A stretch of DNA of 64,000 bases from an uncultured virus (IMG/VR IMGVR_UViG_3300022660_000072) (IMGVR_UViG_3300022660_000072), one strand, 5' to 3'; positions 41,196-51,601 are shown, counted from the stretch's first letter. A program made the numbers and translations. Notes: generated by a model from the sequence alone, not told the origin.

Positions 41196-41828
41196 ATGGG
41201 AGATAGTTATCAGAGACTTACGAAGAAAGGTTATGACTTTTACGAAGTCGCTTCGGCTTTTCAGAAGTCCATAAGAAGGGGGCTTCTTGAAGATGCGATG
41301 TATTGGGGAATCGAGCTGTATGAAAGCAACTATGAGGAGTATGCTTGGAAGCGAATGATTATCATGGCCAGTGAGGATGTAGGTCTAGGCGAGCCAAGTT
41401 GTGTGGTTCAGATTATGGCATTGAAGCAGTCGTTTGACTACTTGACAATGCGAAAAGATATTGGAGCCAAGAAGCTGCCTTTTACTCACGCAATAGCAGT
41501 TCTTGTCAATAGTAGGAAGTCAAGATTCATTGATCATGCAATCACTGTTTATTGGCAACAGAACAGAGAGGAAATGAAGGAGATTCCAAATTGGGCTTTC
41601 GACATGCATACCAGGAGAGGAAAGGCTATGGGTAGAGGGCTTGATTATTTCTACAAGGAAAGTTGCAAGATAACCAATGCCAACAAGGTAAAAGGTGAGG
41701 AGGAGCTTGAAAGAATTGCCTGGAAGATTGACAATGTCTACGGAATTGAGAGGGAGGATCTGCCGGCAACAGACAAAGCTTACAGAAATGACGAGAGGAA
41801 GAATGATGGTTCTCCAACACTATTTTGA
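41196..41828 (+). CDS. Stand-alone RarA/MgsA C-terminal-like domain protein
   Basis: YEVASAFQKSIR, AMYW, RMIIMASEDVGL; no Walker A. Confidence 0.75.
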   Translation: MGDSYQRLTKKGYDFYEVASAFQKSIRRGLLEDAMYWGIELYESNYEEYAWKRMIIMASEDVGLGEPSCVVQIMALKQSFDYLTMRKDIGAKKLPFTHAIAVLVNSRKSRFIDHAITVYWQQNREEMKEIPNWAFDMHTRRGKAMGRGLDYFYKESCKITNANKVKGEEELERIAWKIDNVYGIEREDLPATDKAYRNDERKNDGSPTLF

Positions 41829-41916
41829 TGAAAGAAGCCGACAAATATAGACCAAGTTAGGAAAAATGCCATTGTTTATAAGTGTTCAAAATCATCGGGG
41901 AAGTCGGCTCCCCAAA

Positions 41917-42003
41917 GGAAGGATGGGTGAGTGGCTTAAACCACCTCTCTGCTAAGGAGGCGAACATGTGAATGTTCCGAGAGTTCGAATCTCTCTCCTT
42001 CCG
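41917..42003 (+). tRNA. tRNA-Ser(GCT)
   Basis: Acceptor ggaagga/tccttcc, anticodon arm cctct-ctGCTaa-ggagg, long variable arm, T arm gagag-ttcgaat-ctctc, G discriminator. Confidence 0.93.
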
Positions 42004-42195
42004 CAATAGGACACCTGCTGGATAGCGGTGAAAGCTCAGAGAGCCTTCCTGTTGGGAGTATTGCATTGGGTTGCACTACTCTCTCAAAAACCCTCCTGTG
42101 AAGGACGGATAGTTATTAGTTTTGGGTTAGATTCAACATTGGGTTATATGCGGTTGGCGCCGCTTATAACCCCAAAGTAATACGAGAGCATTTTT

Positions 42196-42567
42196 ATGAA
42201 AGAGGTAGTTGAAAAATCTGCTGTCAAACTTACAAAGAAGCAGAAAAAGTTTATTGAACTCTACGGAGGTCCTGGATTGTGCAACATATCGCACACTTGT
42301 GAGAAGGTCGGTATGTCAAGAAGAAACTTCTATTACTGGATGGAAAGAAATCCCAAGTTCAGAGAGGCGATAGAAGATGCTGAGGAGAGCAACATAGACA
42401 TGGTTGAGACAAAGTTGAAGCAGGCAATCCTCAATAACGACATGACGGCAATCATTTTCTTCTTGAAGACCAAGGGCAAGAAGAGAGGATATGTTGAGCA
42501 GATCGAACAGAAGGTTGAAGTCAATCCATTCCAGCAGTTGATGATGTCTCTGCCGGATGATGTCTAA
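42196..42567 (+). CDS. Terminase small subunit (putative)
   Basis: HTH (NIS.TC.KVG.SR..FY.W), TAIIFFLKTKGKKRGYVE. Confidence 0.75.
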   Translation: MKEVVEKSAVKLTKKQKKFIELYGGPGLCNISHTCEKVGMSRRNFYYWMERNPKFREAIEDAEESNIDMVETKLKQAILNNDMTAIIFFLKTKGKKRGYVEQIEQKVEVNPFQQLMMSLPDDV

Positions 42568-42579
42568 ATAAATTTGGTT

Positions 42580-42726
42580 ATGGAAAATGTTATTAGTGTA
42601 GTAGGTGCTATCATTGTAGCATCAGTAATCGGTGCTTTTATGCCATTTGAGTCACCGATAGAGATTAGCTTGCCAAAGGCTGATGTCCTTCAAAGGGTGT
42701 CCACTCCAAAATTTACCAGAATATAG
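42580..42726 (+). CDS. Small 48 aa hydrophobic protein (not in ORF track)
   Basis: MENVISVVGAIIVASVIGAFMPFESPIE...; fills the TerS-TerL gap. Confidence 0.45.
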   Translation: MENVISVVGAIIVASVIGAFMPFESPIEISLPKADVLQRVSTPKFTRI

Positions 42727-42733
42727 AATATTT

Positions 42734-44281
42734 GTGAACGAAAGAGAACTAGAGAAAGCCGCCAAGTACATGTTGGCATGGAGAGAAGACTGGAACCGCT
42801 TTGTTCGTGATGTCCTTAAGGCTCGTCTTGATTCTGAACAGCAGGCTATCATCAATAGTGTGCAAGAGAATAAGATGACAGCAGTGGCATCTGGAACAGC
42901 AAGGGGAAAGGACTTCGTTTCAGCTTGTGCTTGTCTCTCGTTCTTTTATCTCACTCCACGTTGGGATGCCAATGGTAGGTTAGTTGCCAACACGAAGGTT
43001 GCCATGACGGCACCTACAGGAAGACAGGTGCACAACATCATGACCCCGGAAGTAAGAAGACTGTTCAGAAACGCAGGATTCCTTCCCGGAAGATTGGTGG
43101 CAGATGATATTCGTACAGACTATGAGGAGTGGTTCTTGACTGGCTTCAAGGCTGGAGACGATGCAACAGAGGCTTGGTCTGGATTCCATGCAGTAAACAC
43201 TATGTTCTCCATTACGGAGGCTTCCGGTATTTCGGAGATAGTGTACAATGCCATAGAGGGTAACTTGCAGGGTAATTCAAGAATACTGCTTGTGTTCAAC
43301 CCCAATGTTACTACAGGATATGCTGCAAGAGCTATGAAGTCTGAACGATTCAGAAAGTTCAGACTTTCTTCGCTGAATGCAGAGAATGTTGTTTCAAAGA
43401 AGATAGTCATTCCTGGCCAGGTTGACTACGATTGGGTAAAGGATAAGGTTGAGAACTGGACCATTCCTATACAAGAGAGGGATTTCAATGAAGGAGAAGG
43501 AGACTTTTTGTGGGAAGGTGCTTTCTACAGACCGAACGACTTGTTTAGGATCAAGGTGCTTGGTATGTTTCCTAGAGTGTCTTCTGACATCCTCATTCCA
43601 TACGAATGGGTGGAGCTTGCAAACAGAAGATGGCTTGAATTCGTAGAGGAGCACGGATATGACTACATTCCTCCAAAAGAACCTTTGAGACTTGGTGTCG
43701 ATGTGGCAGGTATGGGACGAGACAGCTCTAACCTTGCTCACAGATACGGAAATTTCGTAAGGAAGATAGATTCTTATCAGTCTGCAGGAAAGGCAGACCA
43801 CATGCATGTTGCAGGTATGATAATCCAAGGAATCCATGAATCTGTTGCAAAAGGGGCATTTGCAATGATAGATACCATTGGTGAAGGTGCTGGAGTATTC
43901 TCTAGACTTGAGGAACTTGACCACAAGTGGGCTATCTCATGCAAGAATAGTGAAGGTGCAAAAGAACTGACTGATGTTACCGGACAGTACACGTTTGCCA
44001 ACATGAGGGCTTACCTGCATTGGTGCACAAGAGACTGGCTGGACCCAAGAAACGGACATAATGCAATGCTTCCTCCAGATGATATGTTGGCACAAGAGTT
44101 GACAGAACCTAAGTGGAAGTTTCAGAGTAATGGTTCTATCATCATAGAGCCGAAAGAGGACATACAGGCAAGATTGGGAAGGTCTCCCGATAGGATGGAT
44201 GCCTTGAACAACACGTTCTATCCTCACATCCCGGATAATAATGTTCTTAGTCAGAGCGACTTGGTAAGGATGTTTGGTTAG
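42734..44281 (+). CDS. terL: Terminase large subunit
   Basis: SGTARGKD Walker A, TAPT..Q, ITEASG Walker B, LGVDVAG nuclease, SPDRMDAL; start GTG 42734 or ATG 42683. Confidence 0.92.
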   Translation: MNERELEKAAKYMLAWREDWNRFVRDVLKARLDSEQQAIINSVQENKMTAVASGTARGKDFVSACACLSFFYLTPRWDANGRLVANTKVAMTAPTGRQVHNIMTPEVRRLFRNAGFLPGRLVADDIRTDYEEWFLTGFKAGDDATEAWSGFHAVNTMFSITEASGISEIVYNAIEGNLQGNSRILLVFNPNVTTGYAARAMKSERFRKFRLSSLNAENVVSKKIVIPGQVDYDWVKDKVENWTIPIQERDFNEGEGDFLWEGAFYRPNDLFRIKVLGMFPRVSSDILIPYEWVELANRRWLEFVEEHGYDYIPPKEPLRLGVDVAGMGRDSSNLAHRYGNFVRKIDSYQSAGKADHMHVAGMIIQGIHESVAKGAFAMIDTIGEGAGVFSRLEELDHKWAISCKNSEGAKELTDVTGQYTFANMRAYLHWCTRDWLDPRNGHNAMLPPDDMLAQELTEPKWKFQSNGSIIIEPKEDIQARLGRSPDRMDALNNTFYPHIPDNNVLSQSDLVRMFG

Positions 44282-44283
44282 TA

Positions 44284-44319
44284 AAAGTGTTGCATAATGA
44301 AACAGTTTTGCTAATTTTG
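44284..44319 (+). promoter_or_regulatory. Promoter with degenerate palindromic operator
   Basis: aaagtgttgcataatgaaaca...TAATTTTG. Confidence 0.55.
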
Positions 44320-44335
44320 CCGATGATAAAACAGC

Positions 44336-45769
44336 GTGAATATGAATACATTGGAAGAAATCTTTGAAGCGGGAAGAAAGCCCGAAGATATCATTGCAGA
44401 CCTTTGCTCTTGTACAAAGGATGTTCCTACCTGGATTGAATTGGAGAAGTTGTATGATGAAAGCAAGCATCCGATCAAGAATGACCCTACGCTAAGACCT
44501 GTTGAAAAGTCAAATGCAGATGGTCAGAGAGATGTTCCGGCAAAGATTTCTTACCCTGCTGAAAAGATAGCTGTAAGAAGAATGGCTCAGATGGCTTTCT
44601 CCATTCCTGTTAAGAGAGTTTATTCTGCAGCGAATGAAGCAGAAAAGGCATTCGCAGATGCTATAGAAAAAGTGTATGATGCTGTCAGAATAGATGGTGT
44701 CAACATGAAGCGAATGAAGGCTTACTTTGCTTCATGCGAAATGGCTACAGTCTGGTATGTCACAGATGATGGTGGAGAGAAGCATGAGAAGTATGGCTTC
44801 CCTACTAGTGCAAAGATAAGATGCAGGAGCTATTCTCCAATGGCTTCAAAGATGTCGCAGATTTACCAGGCAGATATCTATCCATTGTTCGATGATTCCG
44901 GAGACCTCATAGCATTGAGCTTCAAGTACGTTGTCAATGTCAATGGTAAGGATGTAGAGAAGTTCGACTGCTTTACTGCACAGAATGCTTACTATTGGAC
45001 AAACGGAGAGGATGGATGGACTGTAGAGGAAAAGAAGGTTGTCATTGGAAAGATTCAGGCAGCTTACATAAGCAGACCAGGAGCATTGTATGACGGAATA
45101 CAGGATTTCAGAAACGAGATAGAGTTTTCAAACAGCAGAAACTCTGACGTAATCAAGAAGAACAGCAGTCCTATCATAGTAGTCTCAGGAGATGTTGTAG
45201 GTGCTCCACCTGCTAATGGTAGAGGACGAGAGGCATATCAGCTCAAGAATGGAGGAAAGGTTGAACTTCTCAATCCTGCTATGTCTTCAGATCAGGTGAA
45301 GTTGCATATAGGAACACAGAAGGAGTTTATCTCAGAGGTAACTCAGATGCCTGACCTTTCGATGGAAAATATCAAAGGTCTTGGACAGATGAGTGGAGAA
45401 GCAAGAAAGACACTCCTTACCGATGCTCACTTGAAAGTAGGAGAGGAGTCCCACGATATAGTTTGGTTCCTTGATAGAGAGTTCTCTGTAATCAAGTCTA
45501 TATTGGCAACAGTGAATCCTTCTTGGAAGCCTCTTGTCAATAGGTTGACTTGTAAACATATCATCACTCCGTTCATTCAGAATGACCAGACATCGCAGAC
45601 AGATAGACTTGCAAAGAGAGTTGACAGCAGGCTTCTTTCGAGAAGGTCAGCTATTGAGCAGTTTGATGATGTTGCAGATGTTGATGAGGAAATCAAGAGA
45701 ATAGAAGACGAGACAATGTCCGACCTTGCTGCTCAGAGGTCAGTAGATGTGTTTGAAGGAGCACAGTAG
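44336..45769 (+). CDS. Portal protein (SPP1-like)
   Basis: Follows TerL; PDLS.EN.KG...SGEA, EEIKRI..E. Confidence 0.85.
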   Translation: MNMNTLEEIFEAGRKPEDIIADLCSCTKDVPTWIELEKLYDESKHPIKNDPTLRPVEKSNADGQRDVPAKISYPAEKIAVRRMAQMAFSIPVKRVYSAANEAEKAFADAIEKVYDAVRIDGVNMKRMKAYFASCEMATVWYVTDDGGEKHEKYGFPTSAKIRCRSYSPMASKMSQIYQADIYPLFDDSGDLIALSFKYVVNVNGKDVEKFDCFTAQNAYYWTNGEDGWTVEEKKVVIGKIQAAYISRPGALYDGIQDFRNEIEFSNSRNSDVIKKNSSPIIVVSGDVVGAPPANGRGREAYQLKNGGKVELLNPAMSSDQVKLHIGTQKEFISEVTQMPDLSMENIKGLGQMSGEARKTLLTDAHLKVGEESHDIVWFLDREFSVIKSILATVNPSWKPLVNRLTCKHIITPFIQNDQTSQTDRLAKRVDSRLLSRRSAIEQFDDVADVDEEIKRIEDETMSDLAAQRSVDVFEGAQ

Positions 45770-45779
45770 AATATGACCT

Positions 45780-47501
45780 ATGGCAAAGGTCGATTACACA
45801 TATCAGAGCAATGCTCATATTCAGAGGGTCGCCAAGTATCTGCAGATGCTTGAGCGATTCTTTGATGATGCCACTTCTGAATTCTGTAAGTTGTTCGGCA
45901 AGGCAAAATACGACGATTCTAGCCAGTTTTTCTTCGAAGACTATCCAACCCTCAAGAAGAAGGCAGATAGTGTCGTAAACAGCCTATCTTCGTCCATATA
46001 CGATGTGATTCTCACTGGAACCTCTGCCGAGTGGAAGAAATCCAACGAAATTACAGACCAAATGGTCAGAGACTTGTTCAAAAGCAGGGGTGTTAATATA
46101 GATGCCATAAAGAATTCGGATGTTGTTGATCTGTTCAATAATCACGATAAGGCTCTTGAAGCTTTTCAGAAAAGAAAAATCAAAGGATTGAGCCTGTCAG
46201 ACAAGGTGTGGAATATGGCAGAGTACCACCGCCTTGAAACTCAGTTGGCTTTGTCAATCGAAAGAGGAGAATCTGCGGCAGAACTTGCTAGGAAAGTTAA
46301 GAAGTGTCTCAAGGAGCCGGATAAGTTATTTCGTAGAGTTCGTGACAAGTACGGAGAATTGAAGCTGTCAAAGAATGCAAAGTCTTATCATCCCGGAGCA
46401 GGAGCATATCGAAGCAGTGTGAGAAATGCTCAAAGACTTGCAAGGACTGAAATCAATATGGCATATCATAGTGCTGAAATGCAGAGATACCAAGACCTTG
46501 ATTTCATAGTAGGTTTTGAGGTGAAGAGAAGTACACATCCTTATCATTGCGACATATGTGAGTCACACAAGGGAAAGTACCCAAAGGATTTCTTTTTTAC
46601 ACCTTGGCACCCGAATTGTCGCTGTTACGTAGTTCCTATCCTCAATACCCAGGAGGAGTTCGACAAGCAGAGTGATTCCATATTACGTGGTAAGCAATAT
46701 GCAAGAAAGAGCGTAAACACTGTTACTGCACCGCCCGAAGGCTTCAATCAATGGATATTCGACAACAAGGCAAGAATCCTCAGAGCAAAGAAGATAGGTA
46801 CGTTGCCATACTACATGAAAGACAATAGTGTCTACATCAATAGAGCTTTGTATCCACCTAAGCCAAAGGTTGTCAAGTCTATTGAGGAGAGAATGAAGGA
46901 GACTGACTGGAGGACAGTGCAGGAGATGAATGATATTATGTTCCCAGTAGCTAGTAAGGCTTGGCTTGATTCAGATGCTGATATGAGAAAGGCAGCTTAT
47001 GAATATACTTGGGATGAGGCTCCATATAACAGGCCAATGAGAAAGGGAGAGCCTGATACAAAGCAAATCGAGTTGCTTACGGAATACATTGACAAAAATA
47101 CCATTCCGGAGGATGTTTGGGTTAGGCGAGGTGTTGATGCATGGGCAAACATGACCGGCATTGATTTGACAGGAGCAAGTGACAAGTTGCTAGATAGTCT
47201 TGTTGGAAAAGAGCTTACAGATAAGGCATTCGTAAGCTGTGGAGTTACTAAGGGTAGAGGATTCAGCAGATCAGTAGATTTTCAGATATTTGTTCCAAAG
47301 GGTACAAAAGGTGCATATTGTGACCCTTTTTCTGCATTTGGATGTAATGATAGATTGTCTTGGGATGGCAAGACTGCACAACGACAGATAAGCAAAGAAG
47401 CAGAATTGTTATTGCAGAGAGACCTAAAGTATAAGGTTACGTCAGCAAAAATGAATGATAGCGGAGTTATTGAGATAATTTGTTATATAATTGAAAATTA
47501 A
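45780..47501 (+). CDS. MuF/SPP1 gp7-like minor head protein fused to a VIP2-like ADP-ribosyltransferase
   Basis: RLARTEINMAY, CDIC, WHPNCRC (MuF); YT...YN..MR, VRRG, FVSC, VPKGTKGAY, EAELLL (R-S-ExE ART). Confidence 0.85.
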   Translation: MAKVDYTYQSNAHIQRVAKYLQMLERFFDDATSEFCKLFGKAKYDDSSQFFFEDYPTLKKKADSVVNSLSSSIYDVILTGTSAEWKKSNEITDQMVRDLFKSRGVNIDAIKNSDVVDLFNNHDKALEAFQKRKIKGLSLSDKVWNMAEYHRLETQLALSIERGESAAELARKVKKCLKEPDKLFRRVRDKYGELKLSKNAKSYHPGAGAYRSSVRNAQRLARTEINMAYHSAEMQRYQDLDFIVGFEVKRSTHPYHCDICESHKGKYPKDFFFTPWHPNCRCYVVPILNTQEEFDKQSDSILRGKQYARKSVNTVTAPPEGFNQWIFDNKARILRAKKIGTLPYYMKDNSVYINRALYPPKPKVVKSIEERMKETDWRTVQEMNDIMFPVASKAWLDSDADMRKAAYEYTWDEAPYNRPMRKGEPDTKQIELLTEYIDKNTIPEDVWVRRGVDAWANMTGIDLTGASDKLLDSLVGKELTDKAFVSCGVTKGRGFSRSVDFQIFVPKGTKGAYCDPFSAFGCNDRLSWDGKTAQRQISKEAELLLQRDLKYKVTSAKMNDSGVIEIICYIIEN

Positions 47502-47511
47502 TGTATTATCT

Positions 47512-47544
47512 TGGCTCGTTGAAACAATATTCTTCGTAACTTTA
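47512..47544 (+). promoter_or_regulatory. Repeated promoter-like element, copy 3
   Basis: tggctcg-ttgaaacaatattcttcg-taacttta. Confidence 0.7.
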
Positions 47545-47571
47545 CACAAAGAAAAATTTAGACTAGTAAGT

Positions 47572-47856
47572 ATGAAAGGACATGAGAATGCTATTAGAGC
47601 CATGATGCAGATTCGTGGCATGGAAGAAGGGAATCGGTACTATGACCCAAGAAGCCCCATACCGTTGGTGTATGTACGTCCGGAGCTTGTTGATAAAGAG
47701 GCAGATGAGTATAAGTTTTCTGCAATGATTAGGCATGCCAAAGACGAAATGAGAGAAAAGTATCATCCGATTCTTAGGAATAAGTTGTTCGACACAGCCC
47801 AGGAGGCTGCAGACTACATCCTTGCCATAGCAGAAAAGGAGAATGGAGGGAAATAG
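47572..47856 (+). CDS. Hypothetical protein between ART and ARH
   Basis: 94 aa from ATG 47572. Confidence 0.6.
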   Translation: MKGHENAIRAMMQIRGMEEGNRYYDPRSPIPLVYVRPELVDKEADEYKFSAMIRHAKDEMREKYHPILRNKLFDTAQEAADYILAIAEKENGGK

Positions 47857-47858
47857 CT

Positions 47859-48626
47859 ATGTTGGGTGCAATTATAGGTGATGTTGTCGGCTCAAGGTTT
47901 GAGTTCGACAATATTTTTACACAGCAGTTCGAGATATTTCACTCGGAGTGCGATTTCACAGATGATACCATTTGTACGATAGCTGTGGCAGATGCCATTC
48001 TTTGTGGTAAAGATTACGGCCAGTCCATAGCTAAGTGGTGCAGTAAGTACCCTCACCCTATGGGAGGCTATGGTGCAAGGTTCGCAGGATGGGTAAGGTC
48101 GAAGGATCACAATCCATACAACAGCTTCGGCAATGGCTCTGCCATGAGAGTTTCTGCCATAGGATTCTATTACGATGACTATGAAGAAGTCAAGAGACAG
48201 GCAAAGATGTCTGCAGAATGTTCTCATAACCATGAAGAAGGCATCAAAGGTGCTGTTGCAGTGGCAAGTGCAATATGGTTTGCAAGACATATCTCCGGTG
48301 CAAAGCGCAGTGCAGTTAATAGCATAGCTGAAAAGTATTATCCAGGCTGTTTGACAGCAGACTATAAGAAAGGTGTGTTCGATGAGACTTGTCAAGGTAC
48401 TGTTCCGTTGTGCTTCAAGATAATTTCTGAGTCAGATAGCTTTGAAGAAGCCATAAGAAAAGCTGTAGCTCATGGTGGTGACACGGATACCATAGCAGCT
48501 ATTGTTGGTGGAATAGCAGAAGCAGTGTGGGGGATTCCTCTATGGATGAGGTTAGAAGTAAAAAAATACCTTCCACCAGAAATGCTTGTGATTATAGATC
48601 AGTTCTACTTTGCTATAGACGATTAG
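47859..48626 (+). CDS. ADP-ribosylglycohydrolase (DraG/ARH family)
   Basis: GAIIGD..GS, TDDT, SFGNGSAMR, SHNH, GGDTDT. Confidence 0.95.
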   Translation: MLGAIIGDVVGSRFEFDNIFTQQFEIFHSECDFTDDTICTIAVADAILCGKDYGQSIAKWCSKYPHPMGGYGARFAGWVRSKDHNPYNSFGNGSAMRVSAIGFYYDDYEEVKRQAKMSAECSHNHEEGIKGAVAVASAIWFARHISGAKRSAVNSIAEKYYPGCLTADYKKGVFDETCQGTVPLCFKIISESDSFEEAIRKAVAHGGDTDTIAAIVGGIAEAVWGIPLWMRLEVKKYLPPEMLVIIDQFYFAIDD

Positions 48627-48631
48627 ATTAT

Positions 48632-48668
48632 AAAAAAGGTCGCAGATGAGAGTCTTGCGACCTTTTTT
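48632..48668. terminator. Bidirectional terminator
   Basis: aaaaaaggtcgca...tgcgacctttttt. Confidence 0.75.
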
Positions 48669-48728
48669 GTTGCCCTGGAACGAACTATGTAAAAACTTGC
48701 ATTTTTTTTGAAAAATAATGAAATCACT

Positions 48729-48762
48729 TGGCTCGTTGATACATTATCTTGCTTACCTTTAC
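48729..48762 (+). promoter_or_regulatory. Repeated promoter-like element, copy 4
   Basis: tggctcg-N18-tacctttac. Confidence 0.7.
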
Positions 48763-48791
48763 AACTGTAAACCATTAGAAATCAATAAGTT

Positions 48792-51205
48792 ATGAAAAAG
48801 ATAGAGAAAGAATTTGCTACAATAGAGCAGGTGGAGAACTTCTTATGGAATATGTGTAACGCATACTCGATGGTCCTCAATCAGCACCTTATCATTAACG
48901 ATGCACAGGCTGAGATAGAGCACCTTAGAAGAATCGATAAGGAATGTAGGGATTATGAAGTTGAAAGCAACAGTAGTTGTCCTTTTGTTTTTTGGCTTGG
49001 CTTAAGAACTCGTGGAGCAGAAGGCGGTGAGAACAAAGAGTATGTTAAGAATAAGATTGAATCTCACGGAGATGTAGCCATCTGTGTTTTCAAGGTAGAG
49101 TACAACGGACAGTACATAGTGTCATACAAGCAGAAAGAAGTAAAGTTTTAGGAGATATAGTTATGCAGATCATTGAAAAATGCAATTATTGGGATTTTGA
49201 CGGAATGTGCATGGGTCACGTATTCCAGGTCGGAAGCAGCAAGAAGTCTTATCAGTTCATAGACTTTGCAAAGAAGTGGAATGGTGGTAGCTACACTAAG
49301 CTGATGCTCACTATTGACGAGAAGGGAAAGTACAAGGTTTTTGAGTTCAAGGAGCTTGAAGGAAAGAAGTTGTATCTTTATACAGTAGCTTGTTAGGTTA
49401 TGACAATAGTTTACAAAAGAGAAGTGTTTGAGGCCGGTTCAGGAACCATGCTATACATTGAGCAGTATGCAGAGAAGCCTCACTTTGTGAAGTTTTGGAG
49501 ATATGGACCTGTAGGAGGTGTGTGGTCGGACATGCTTATGACCAAGCCTAGTAAGAAGAGATTGATTGAAACCTATTAGAATAAGTAAGTTATGAGTAAG
49601 TTAACCAAGAAGCAGATGATTGAAGAGCTTGTAGGAGCAAGTAGAATCGTCAATAAGCCTAAAGTAGTTTGCTATTGCATGGAAAAGACCAAGGAGTATG
49701 TTGAAATGGCATACAGATATTGGAAGGAAGGCATGGATGTCGACTATTGTGTTGCATGTCTGTCAGGTGGAGTTGTTAATCTTAGCAGAAAGTAAGTCAT
49801 GAAAGATAAAGTTATAGAACAGTTGAAAAGATGGAGTAGTTCTGCTACTTACATGACCAAGGTTGGCTCCAAAGAGGTGAGGGAGTACACTCGTGGTTAT
49901 GAAAGAGGAATAAATGATGCAAAGGAAGCCGTTGCATTGATTCTAAGTCAAATAAAGTAAGTTATGGAAATGGTAAGAATGCCTTACAGCCAGGCGATGG
50001 CTGAAATCAAGAAGCTTCGTGAACAGATCAAGGATGAGTACGACAGCAAAGAGGAAGAAAGGCTTGAAGCAAAGTGGCTGTCTGTAGTCAGAGGCATAAT
50101 CCCGGAGGTTGGCATCCCTTGCACGATAGTGTACTTCTCGGATTACAGAGCAGCTACAGTAGTAGAAGTTAATGAGAAGATGAATAGAGTTGGAGTAATG
50201 TTCAACGACACGGAATGTAAGGATTGGTATGGAGGTAATTATGAGATTTTACCAGGCCTTCACGGAGAGGTGCAATACTTTACTCATAGGAAGAATGGAA
50301 GATGGATTATGGAGGGTCAACCAGTTCGGGATGGAGTAGCATTGGCTCTCCACTATCAGAGACACTATATTGATCCGCATTTTTAGAGTTATGGGAAAGA
50401 ATGTCAAAGAATTAGCAGAATATGTGGCAGAAGCTTATGGGTTTCTAGCCCCAATAGGAGAAGTTATCACTGGAGAGCAGTTTTCAGAGTTGATAAAAAG
50501 TTATTACGATTCTTCAGATAGACGTCATCAAGAATGTGCAAATGCAGCGAAAGTGCATATCAGATACATTAAGAATTTGCCGAATTGTATAAATGTTTGC
50601 TTTAATGAATAGATGTTATGGAAACCAAAGATTTTCTGTGTGCTTGTCTAGGAGTTTGTTCCTGGAAAGTTGATGAGATCACTGATAATTTCGATGTTGA
50701 TATAATCGATAGTGATGTCTACGCATTGTTGAATAGTGGCATTGATTATAAACGTTTTGGAAACGTTTTAATATGGGACTTGTATAAGCAAGTAATATAC
50801 AGGGCTGTTGAAGAGCTTGGTCTAGACGAACACAAGTTTGATTATTACGCAGATGGTGGGTGTTCTAGCTTATATTATGACGGAGAAAACGTCAATGCCT
50901 GGAAAGATTTAGAAGAAATTGCAGAAAAACAAAAAGAGCAAGTTATGGAACAGAGCTATTGGAGAGGTGTCGAAGGAGTCACAGTGATTTTGCACGGAGA
51001 ATGGTCAGACCCGGAGTTGGAACACGATGGCAAAGTAGCCAATTACTGGGATGTTGAGAACACGATGTTGGAGAGGTACAAGGAGGAATGCAGAAGTGCA
51101 GACTTCTACCACTTCAGTGAAGATAATGATGATGAGTTCAATAGATTCTGCATAGATTACGCAGAAGATGTGTATGAACTGATAGAGATGTGCAGCCAGG
51201 AGTAG
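48792..51205 (+). CDS. Small hypothetical genes (48792-49151, 49163-49396, 49592-49795, 49964-50386, to 50612, 50618-51205 and shorter ORFs)
   Basis: Contiguous ORFs with GTTATG starts. Confidence 0.6.
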
Positions 51206-51225
51206 AATAAAGTAAAAAGTAAGTT

Positions 51226-51552
51226 ATGAAGTTGTTGACAAAAGCTATAGAGAAGAAGCTTGAGAAGTTTCCTCTTAGGTCTCAGGATGAAAAAGGTGTA
51301 GAAGCCAAGGTTGTGTGCAAGTTCTTTGCTCCTGTTGGTTCATGGACATGGTATGTGTTGGAGGGTGACATACTGGAAGACGGAGACTGGATGTTCTTTG
51401 GAATAGTCGTTAATGACTATGGAGCAGAGTATGGTTATTTCGGTCTAAGAGAGCTTGAAAACCTCAGTCTTCCATTCGGTCTAAAGGTTGAGAGAGACCT
51501 GTATTTCGATGGATGCTTAGTGAAGGACCTAGGCGACATTATGGACTTTTGA
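51226..51552 (+). CDS. DUF2958-like protein
   Basis: KFF.P.GSWTWY..E, FFG.V, EYGYF.L.EL, VERDLYF. Confidence 0.8.
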   Translation: MKLLTKAIEKKLEKFPLRSQDEKGVEAKVVCKFFAPVGSWTWYVLEGDILEDGDWMFFGIVVNDYGAEYGYFGLRELENLSLPFGLKVERDLYFDGCLVKDLGDIMDF

Positions 51553-51601
51553 TAGTCACTTGAAAAAACTTGAGAAAAACATGTAAAATATTGGTAGTCA
51601 A

